From Auanema rhodensis (Eukaryota > Animalia > Nematoda), in assembly GCA_964057225.1 (NCBI GenBank), contig OZ059899.1, positions 868,001-932,000 on the forward strand: a stretch of DNA of 64,000 bases. The letters are read 5' to 3'. The translations under genes were made by a program, and so were the position numbers. The notes under the pieces are model-generated. The model was not told the origin of the DNA, did not search any database, and saw nothing but the letters and a program-made list of their open reading frames with translations. Shown piece after piece: positions 1-10,072 of this stretch; positions within the stretch are counted from its first letter, which is position 1; each line of letters begins with the position of its first letter.

Positions 1-340
1 AACTTATATCAGTTGATATCTCGGTGCATTTTTAAGCTAGCGCAAATCTGATAACACAGATCGACGTAGCTTAAAAATCCGCATCGAATGCACTATACTA
101 CATTAAGAAACGCTTAATACAAAAATTAGTTATGATCGTTTGAAAAATGATGCATTAGTGTATGTTGAGTTTCCATGTACACTCAACATTGCTTCCAAAA
201 ACATTTAGACAAAAATTTTTTTCGAAAAATTTCAAAATAATTTAGCGAAAAGTAGATGTTTTTAGATTCCGTTTTTCAAGGCAAAGACGATGGACAATGT
301 TATTCATCGAAAAAATTAATTCTTCAGGGTGAAAATCGAG

Positions 341-362
341 GATATAAGTGTGAACTTATATC
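341..362. other. Monomer hairpin A: GATATAAGT-GTGA-ACTTATATC (9-bp perfect stem, 4-nt loop), monomer pos 86-107
   Basis: GATATAAGT is the reverse complement of ACTTATATC. The loop is GTGA or GGGA. It recurs in each full monomer, with arm variants in some. Confidence 0.9.
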
Positions 363-513
363 AGTTGATATCTCGGTGCATTTTCAAGCTAGCGCAAATC
401 TGATAACACAGATCGACGCAGCTCAAAAATCCGCATCGAATGCACTATACTACATTAAGAAACGCTTAATACAAAAATTAGTTATGATCGTTTGAAAAAT
501 GATGCATTAGTGT

Positions 514-541
514 ATGTTGAGTTTCCATGTACACTCAACAT
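514..541. other. Monomer hairpin B: ATGTTGAGT-TTCCATGTAC-ACTCAACAT (9-bp perfect stem, 10-nt loop), monomer pos 259-286
   Basis: ATGTTGAGT is the reverse complement of ACTCAACAT. It is nearly invariant across monomers. Confidence 0.9.
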
Positions 542-906
542 TGCTTCCAAAAACATTTTGACAAAAATTTTCTCGAAAAATTTCAAAATAATTTAGCGAA
601 AAGTAGATGTTTTTAGATTCCGTTTTTCAAGGCAAAGACGATGGACAATGTTATTCATCGAAAAAATTAATTCTTCAGGGTGAAAATCGAGGATATAAGT
701 GTGAACTTATATCAGTTGATATCTCGGTGCATTTTCAAGCTAGCGCAAATCTGATAACACAGATCGACGCAGCTCAAAAATCCGCATCGAATGCACTATA
801 CTACATTGAGAAACGCTTAATACAAAAATTAGTTATGATCGTTTGAAAAATGATGCATTAGTGTATGTTGAGTTTCCATGTACACTCAACATTGCTTCCA
901 AAAACA

Positions 907-939
907 TTTTGACAAAAATTTTTTCGAAAAATTTCAAAA
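907..939. other. A/T-tract imperfect dyad centred on TTCGAA (TTTTGACAAAAATTTTTTCGAAAAATTTCAAAA)
   Basis: TTTTTCGAAAAA is a perfect 12-bp palindrome, extendable with bulges through AAA/TTT and TTTTG/CAAAA. It recurs once per monomer. Confidence 0.75.
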
Positions 940-1104
940 TAATTTAGCAAAAAGTAGATGTTTTTAGATTCCGTTTTTCAAGGCAAAGACGATGGACAAT
1001 GTTATTCAACGAAAAAAATAATTCTTCAGGGTGAAAATCGAGGATATAAGTGTGAACTTATATCAGTTGATATCTCGGTGCTTTTTTAAGCTAGCGCAAA
1101 TCTG

Positions 1105-2431
1105 CTAATGCATCATTTTTCAAACAATCATAACTAATTTTTGTATTAAGCGTTTCTCAATGTAGTATAGTGCATTCGATGCGGATTTTTGAGCTGCGTC
1201 GATCTGTGTTATCAGATTTGCGCTAGCTTAAAAAAGCACCGAGATATCAACTGATATAAGTTCACACTTATATCCTCGATTTTCACCCTGAAGAATTATT
1301 TTTTTCGTTGAATAACATTGTCCATCGTCTTTGCCTTGAAAAACGGAATCTAAAAACATCTACTTTTTGCTAAATTATTTTGAAATTTTTCGAAAAAATT
1401 TTTGTCAAAATGTTTTTGGAAGCAATGTTGAGTGTACATGGAAACTCAACATACACTAATGCATCATTTTTCAAACGATCATAACTAATTTTTGTATTAA
1501 GCGTTTCTCAATGTAGTAATCTAAAAACATCTACTTTTCGCTAAATTATTTTGAAATTTTTCGAAAAAATTTTTGTCAAAATGTTTTTGGAAGCAATGTT
1601 GAGTGTACATGGAAACTCAACATACACTAATGCATCATTTTTCAAACGATCATAACTAATTTTTGTATTAAGCGTTTCTCAATGTAGTATAGTGCATTCG
1701 ATGCGGATTTTTAAGCTGCGTCGATCTGTGTTATCAGTTTTGCGCTAGCTTAAAAAAGCACCGAGATATCAACTGATATAAGTTCCCACTTATATCCTCG
1801 ATTTTCACCCTGAAGAATTAATTTTTTCGTTGAATAACATTGTCCATCGTCTTTGCCTTGAAAAACGGAATCTAAAAACATCTACTTTTCGCTAAATTAT
1901 TTTGAAATTTTTCGAAAAAATTTTTGTCAAAATGTTTTTGGAAGCAATGTTGAGTGTACATGGAAACTCAACATACACTAATGCATCATTTTTCAAACGA
2001 TCATAACTAATTTTTGTATTAAGCGTTTCTCAATGTAGTATAGTGCATTCGATGCGGATTGTTGAGCTGCGTCGATCTGTGTTATCAGATTTGCGCTAGC
2101 TTAAAAATGCACCGAGATATCAACTGATATGAGTTCACACATATATCCTCGATTTTCACCCTGAAGAATTAATTTTTTCGTTGAATAACATTGTCCATCG
2201 TCTTTGCCTCGAAAAAAGGAATCTAAAAACATCTACTTTTTGCTAAATTATTTTGAAATTTTTCGAAAAAATTTTTGTCAAAATGTTTTTGGAAGCAATG
2301 TTGAGTGTACATGGAAACTCAACATACACTAATGCATCATTTTTCAAACGATCATAACTAATTTTTGTATTAAGCGTTTCTCAATGTAGTATAGTGCATT
2401 CGATGCGGATTTTTAAGCTGCGTCGATCTGT
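1105..2431 (-). repeat. Inverted satellite cassette, copy 1 (1,327 bp; internal 180-bp skip at 1518/1519)
   Basis: Reverse-complement monomers. Left junction AAATCTG|CTAATGCATC, internal junction ATGTAGTA|ATCTAAAAAC, right junction GATCTGT|A|AGGATATAAG. Confidence 0.97.
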
Positions 2432-5400
2432 AAGGATATAAGTGGGAACTTATATCAGTTGATATCTCGGTGCTTTTTTAAGCTAGCGCAAAACTGATAA
2501 CACAGATCGACGCAGCTTAAAAATCCGCATCGAATGCACTATACTACATTGAGAAACGCTTAATACAAAAATTAGTTATGATCGTTTGAAAAATGATGCA
2601 TTAGTGTATGTTGAGTTTCCATGTACACTCAACATTGCTTCCAAAAACATTTTGACAAAAATTTTTTCGAAAAATTTCAAAATAATTTAGCAAAAAGTAG
2701 ATGTTTTTAGATTCCTTTTTTCAAGGCAAAGACGATGGACAATGTTATTCAACGAAAAAATTAATTCTTCAGGGTGAAAATCGAGGATATATGTGTGAAC
2801 TCATATCAGTTGATATCTCGGTGCATTTTTAAGCTAGCGCAAATCTGATAACACAGATCGACGCAGCTCAACAATCCGCATCGAATGCACTATACTACAT
2901 TGAGAAACGCTTAATACAAAAATTAGTTATGATCGTTTGAAAAATGATGCATTAGTGTATGTTGAGTTTCCATGTACACTCAACATTGCTTCCAAAAACA
3001 TTTTGACAAAAATTTTTTCGAAAAATTTCAAAATAATTTAGCGAAAAGTAGATGTTTTTAGATTCCGTTTTTCAAGGCAAAGACGATGGACAATGTTATT
3101 CAACGAAAAAATTAATTCTTCAGGGTGAAAATCGAGGATATAAGTGGGAACTTATATCAGTTGATATCTCGGTGCTTTTTTAAGCTAGCGCAAAACTGAT
3201 AACACAGATCGACGCAGCTTAAAAATCCGCATCGAATGCACTATACTACATTGAGAAACGCTTAATACAAAAATTAGTTATGATCGTTTGAAAAATGATG
3301 CATTAGTGTATGTTGAGTTTCCATGTACACTCAACATTGCTTCCAAAAACATTTTGACAAAAATTTTTTCGAAAAATTTCAAAATAATTTAGCAAAAAGT
3401 AGATGTTTTTAGATTCCTTTTTTCAAGGCAAAGACGATGGACAATGTTATTCAACGAAAAAATTAATTCTTCAGGGTGAAAATCGAGGATATATGTGTGA
3501 ACTCATATCAGTTGATATCTCGGTGCATTTTTAAGCTAGCGCAAATCTGATAACACAGATCGACGCAGCTCAACAATCCGCATCGAATGCACTATACTAC
3601 ATTGAGAAACGCTTAATACAAAAATTAGTTATGATCGTTTGAAAAATGATGCATTAGTGTATGTTGAGTTTCCATGTACACTCAACATTGCTTCCAAAAA
3701 CATTTTGACAAAAATTTTTTCGAAAAATTTCAAGATAATTTAGCGAAAAGTAGATGTTTTTAGATTCCGTTTTTCAAGGCAAAGACGATGGACAATGTTA
3801 TTCAACGAAAAAATTAATTCTTCAGGGTGAAAATCGAGGATATAAGTGTGAACATATATCAGTTGATATCTCGGTGCATTTTCAAGCTAGCGCAAATCTG
3901 ATAACACAGATCGACGCAGCTCAAAAATCCGCATCGAATGCACTATACTACATTGAGAAACGCTTAATACAAAAATTAGTTATGATCGTTTGAAAAATGA
4001 TGCATTAGTGTATGTTGAGTTTCCATGTACACTCAACATTGCTTCCAAAAACATTTTGACAAAAATTTTTTCGAAAAATTTCAAGATAATTTAGCGAAAA
4101 GTAGATGTTTTTAGATTTCGTTTTTCAAGGCAAAGACGATGGACAATGTTATTCAACGAAAAAATTAATTCTTCAGGGTGAAAATTGAGGATATAAGTGT
4201 GAACTTATATCAGTTGATATCTCGGTGCATTTTCAAGCTAGCGCAAATCTGATAACACAGATCGACGCAGCTCAACAATCCGCATCGAATGCACTATACT
4301 ACATTGAGAAACGCTTAATACAAAAATTAGTTATGATCGTTTGAAAAATGATGCATTAGTGTATGTTGAGTTTCCATGTACACTCAACATTGCTTCCAAA
4401 AACATTTTGACAAAAATTTTTTCGAAAAATTTCAAGATAATTTAGCGAAAAGTAGATGTTTTTAGATTTCGTTTTTCAAGGCAAAGACGATGGACAATGT
4501 TATTCAACGAAAAAATTAATTCTTCAGGGTGAAAATCGAGGATATAAGTGTGAACATATATCAGTTGATATCTCGGTGCATTTTCAAGCTAGCGCAAATC
4601 TGATAACACAGATCGACGCAGCTCAAAAATCCGCATCGAATGCACTATACTACATTGAGAAACGCTTAATACAAAAATTAGTTATGATCGTTTGAAAAAT
4701 GATGCATTAGTGTATGTTGAGTTTCCATGTACACTCAACATTGCTTCCAAAAACATTTTGACAAAAATTTTTTCGAAAAATTTCAAGATAATTTAGCGAA
4801 AAGTAGATGTTTTTAGATTCCGTTTTTCAAGGCAAAGACGATGGACAATGTTATTCAACGAAAAAATTAATTCTTCAGGGTGAAAATCGAGGATATATGT
4901 GTGAACTCATATCAGTTGATATCTCGGTGCATTTTTAAGCTAGCGCAAATCTGATAACACAGATCGACGCAGCTCAACAATCCGCATCGAATGCACTATA
5001 CTACATTGAGAAACGCTTAATACAAAAATTAGTTATGATCGTTTGAAAAATGATGCATTAGTGTATGTTGAGTTTCCATGTACACTCAACATTGCTTCCA
5101 AAAACATTTTGACAAAAATTTTTTCGAAAAATTTCAAAATAATTTAGCGAAAAGTAGATGTTTTTAGATTCCGTTTTTCAAGGCAAAGACGATGGACAAT
5201 GTTATTCAACGAAAAAATTAATTCTTCAGGGTGAAAATCGAGGATATAAGTGGGAACTTATATCAGTTGATATCTCGGTGCTTTTTTAAGCTAGCGCAAA
5301 ACTGATAACACAGATCGACGCAGCTTAAAAATCCGCATCGAATGCACTATACTACATTGAGAAACGCTTAATACAAAAATTAGTTATGATCGTTTGAAAA

Positions 5401-8400
5401 ATGATGCATTAGTGTATGTTGAGTTTCCATGTACACTCAACATTGCTTCCAAAAACATTTTGACAAAAATTTTTTCGAAAAATTTCAAAATAATTTAGCG
5501 AAAAGTAGATGTTTTTAGATTCCGTTTTTCAAGGCAAAGACGATGGACAATGTTATTCAACGAAAAAATTAATTCTTCAGGGTGAAAATCGAGGATATAA
5601 GTGGGAACTTATATCAGTTGATATCTCGGTGCATTTTTAAGCTAGCGCAAATCTGATAACACAGATCGACGCAGCTCAACAATCCGCATCGAATGCACTA
5701 TACTACATTGAGAAACGCTTAATACAAAAATTAGTTATGATCGTTTGAAAAATGATGCATTAGTGTATGTTGAGTTTCCATGTACACTCAACATTGCTTC
5801 CAAAAACATTTTGACAAAAATTTTTTCGAAAAATTTCAAGATAATTTAGCGAAAAGTAGATGTTTTTAGATTCCGTTTTTCAAGGCAAAGACGATGGACA
5901 ATGTTATTCAACGAAAAAATTAATTCTTCAGGGTGAAAATCGAGGATATAAGTGTGAACATATATCAGTTGATATCTCGGTGCATTTTCAAGCTAGCGCA
6001 AATCTGATAACACAGATCGACGCAGCTCAAAAATCCGCATCGAATGCACTATACTACATTGAGAAACGCTTAATACAAAAATTAGTTATGATCGTTTGAA
6101 AAATGATGCATTAGTGTATGTTGAGTTTCCATGTACACTCAACATTGCTTCCAAAAACATTTTGACAAAAAATTTTTCGAAAAATTTCAAGATAATTTAG
6201 CGAAAAGTAGATGTTTTTAGATTCCGTTTTTCAAGGCAAAGACGATGGACAATGTTATTCAACGAAAAAATTAATTCTTCAGGGTGAAAATTGAGGATAT
6301 AAGTGTGAACTTATATCAGTTGATATCTCGGTGCATTTTCAAGCTAGCGCAAATCTGATAACACAGATCGACGCAGCTCAAAAATCCGCATCGAATGCAC
6401 TATACTACATTAAGAAACGCTTAATACAAAATTTAGTTATGATCGTTTGAAAAATGATGCATTAGTGTATGTTGAGTTTCCATGTACACTCAACATTGCT
6501 TCCAAAAACATTTTGACAAAAATTTTTTCGAAAAATTTCAAAATAATTTAGCAAAAAGTAGATGTTTTTAGATTCCGTTTTTCAAAGCAAAGACGATGGA
6601 CAATGTTATTCAACGAAAAAAATAATTCTTCAGGGTGAAAATCGAGGATATAAGTGGGAACTTATATCAGTTGATATCTCGGTGCTTTTTTAAGCTAGCG
6701 CAAAACTGATAACACAGATCGACGCAGCTTAAAAATCCGCATCGAATGCACTATACTACATTGAGAAACGCTTAATACAAAAATTAGTTATGATCGTTTG
6801 AAAAATGATGCATTAGTGTATGTTGAGTTTCCATGTACACTCAACATTGCTTCCAAAAACATTTTGACAAAAATTTTTTCGAAAAATTTCAAAATAATTT
6901 AGCAAAAAGTAGATGTTTTTAGATTCCTTTTTTCAAGGCAAAGACGATGGACAATGTTATTCAACGAAAAAATTAATTCTTCAGGGTGAAAATCGAGGAT
7001 ATAAGTGTGAACTTATATCAGTTGATATCTCGGTGCTTTTTTAAGCTAGCGCAAATCTGATAACACAGATCGACGCAGCTTAAAAATCCGCATCGAATGC
7101 ACTATACTACATTGAGAAACGCTTAATACAAAAATTAGTTATGATCGTTTGAAAAATGATGCATTAGTGTATGTTGAGTTTCCATGTACACTCAACATTG
7201 CTTCCAAAAACATTTTGACAAAAATTTTTTCGAAAAATTTCAAAATAATTTAGCAAAAAGTAGATGTTTTTAGATTCCGTTTTTCAAGGCAAAGACGATG
7301 AACAATGTTATTCAACGAAAAAAATAATTCTTCAGGGTGAAAATCGAGGATATAAGTGTGAACTTATATCAGTTGATATCTCGGTGCTTTTTTAAGCTAG
7401 CGCAAATCTGATAACACAGATCGACGCAGCTTAAAAATCCGCATCGAATGCACTATACTACATTGAGAAACGCTTAATACAAAAATTAGTTATGATCGTT
7501 TGAAAAATGATGCATTAGTGTATGTTGAGTTTCCATGTACACTCAACATTGCTTCCAAAAACATTTTGACAAAAATTTTTTCGAAAAATTTCAAGATAAT
7601 TTAGCGAAAAGTAGATGTTTTTAGATTCCGTTTTTCAAGGCAAAGACGATGGACAATGTTATTCAACGAAAAAATTAATTCTTCAGGGTGAAAATCGAGG
7701 ATATAAGTGTGAACTTATATCAGTTGATATCTCGGTGCATTTTCAAGCTAGCGCAAATCTGATAACACAGATCGACGCAGCTCAAAAATCCGCATCGAAT
7801 GCACTATACTACATTGAGAAACGCTTAATACAAAAATTAGTTATGATCGTTTGAAAAATGATGCATTAGTGTATGTTGAGTTTCCATGTACACTCAACAT
7901 TGCTTCCAAAAACATTTTGACAAAAATTTTTTCGAAAAATTTCAAGAAAATTTAGCGAAAAGTAGATGTTTTTAGATTCCGTTTTTCAAGGCAAAGACGA
8001 TGGACAATGTTATTCAACGAAAAAATTAATTCTTCAGGGTGAAAATCGAGGATATAAGTGTGAACATATATCAGTTGATATCTCGGTGCATTTTCAAGCT
8101 AGCGCAAATCTGATAACACAGATCGACGCAGCTCAAAAATCCGCATCGAATGCACTATACTACATTGAGAAACGCTTAATACAAAAATTAGTTATGATTG
8201 TTTGAAAAATGATGCATTAGTGTATGTTGAGTTTCCATGTACACTCAACATTGCTTCCAAAAACATTTTGACAAAAATTTTTTCGAAAAATTTCAAGATA
8301 ATTTAGCGAAAAGTAGATGTTTTTAAATTCCGTTTTTCAAGGCAAAGACGATGGACAATGTTATTCAACGAAAAAATTAATTCTTCAGGGTGAAAATCGA

Positions 8401-10072
8401 GGATATAAGTGTGAACTTATATCAGTTGATATCTCGGTGCATTTTCAAGCTAGCGCAAATCTGATAACACAGATCGACGCAGCTCAAAAATCCGCATCGA
8501 ATGCACTATACTACATTGAGAAACGCTTAATACAAAAATTAGTTATGATCGTTTGAAAAATGATGCATTAGTGTATGTTGAGTTTCCATGTACACTCAAC
8601 ATTGCTTCCAAAAACATTTTGACAAAAATTTTTTCGAAAAATTTCAAGATAATTTAGCGAAAAGTAGATGTTTTTAGATTCCGTTTTTCAAGGCAAAGAC
8701 GATGGACAATGTTATTCAACGAAAAAATTAATTCTTCAGGGTGAAAATCGAGGATATAAGTGTGAACTTATATCAGTTGATATCTCGGTGCATTTTCAAG
8801 CTAGCGCAAATCTGATAACACAGATCGACGCAGCTCAAAAATCCGCATCGAATGCACTATACTACATTAAGAAACGCTTAATACAAAAATTAGTTATGAT
8901 CGTTTGAAAAATTATGCATTAGTGTATGTTGAGTTTCCATGTACACTCAACATTGCTTCCAAAAACATTTTGACAAAAATTTTTTCGAAAAATTTCAAAA
9001 TAATTTAGCGAAAAGTAGATGTTTTTAGATTCCGTTTTTCAAGGCAAAGACGATGGACAATGTTATTCAACGAAAAAAATAATTCTTCAGGGTGAAAATC
9101 GAGGATATAAGTGTGAACTTATATCAGTTGATATCTCGGTGCATTTTTAAGCTAGCGCAAATCTGATAACACAGATCGACGTAGCTTAAAAATCCGCATC
9201 GAATGCACTATACTACATTAAGAAACGCTTAATACAAAAATTAGTTATGATCGTTTGAAAAATGATGCATTAGTGTATGTTGAGTTTCCATGTACACTCA
9301 ACATTGCTTCCAAAAACATTTAGACAAAAATTTTTTTCGAAAAATTTCAAAATAATTTAGCGAAAAGTAGATGTTTTTAGATTCCGTTTTTCAAGGCAAA
9401 GACGATGGACAATGTTATTCATCGAAAAAATTAATTCTTCAGGGTGAAAATCGAGGATATAAGTGTGAACTTATATCAGTTGATATCTCGGTGCATTTTC
9501 AAGCTAGCGCAAATCTGATAACACAGATCGACGCAGCTCAAAAATCCGCATCGAATGCACTATACTACATTAAGAAACGCTTAATACAAAAATTAGTTAT
9601 GATCGTTTGAAAAATGATGCATTAGTGTATGTTGAGTTTCCATGTACACTCAACATTGCTTCCAAAAACATTTTGACAAAAATTTTCTCGAAAAATTTCA
9701 AAATAATTTAGCGAAAAGTAGATGTTTTTAGATTCCGTTTTTCAAGGCAAAGACGATGGACAATGTTATTCATCGAAAAAATTAATTCTTCAGGGTGAAA
9801 ATCGAGGATATAAGTGTGAACTTATATCAGTTGATATCTCGGTGCATTTTCAAGCTAGCGCAAATCTGATAACACAGATCGACGCAGCTCAAAAATCCGC
9901 ATCGAATGCACTATACTACATTGAGAAACGCTTAATACAAAAATTAGTTATGATCGTTTGAAAAATGATGCATTAGTGTATGTTGAGTTTCCATGTACAC
10001 TCAACATTGCTTCCAAAAACATTTTGACAAAAATTTTTTCGAAAAATTTCAAAATAATTTAGCAAAAAGTAG

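Larger units (their letters stand above)
256..606 (+). repeat. Representative 351-bp monomer (phase set arbitrarily at ATGTTTTTAG; monomer positions below use this phase)
   Basis: Runs ATGTTTTTAGATTCC...AATTTAGCGAAAAGTAG, and the next copy starts at 607. Confidence 0.97.

Noticed and set aside
514-560. Hairpins as rho-independent terminators
   Set aside because: The stems are AT-rich, have no adjacent U-tract and lack any gene context.
256-606. Assignment to a named satellite (e.g. Drosophila 1.688 family or ~350-bp beetle satellites), or to a 5S/tRNA/snRNA tandem unit
   Set aside because: Only the length and AT-richness are similar. I do not recognise diagnostic sequence, pol III boxes or RNA gene structure. 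A BLAST/Dfam/Rfam search is needed.
915-940. CENP-B box at TTCGAAAAA
   Set aside because: Only TTCG and the A match. The CGGG part of the TTCG-N4-A-N2-CGGG motif is absent.
1105-2431. Inverted cassette as an inserted transposon or recombinase-controlled invertible switch
   Set aside because: It consists solely of satellite sequence. There is no target-site duplication, terminal repeat or recombinase site, and all three copies have the same orientation and flanks.
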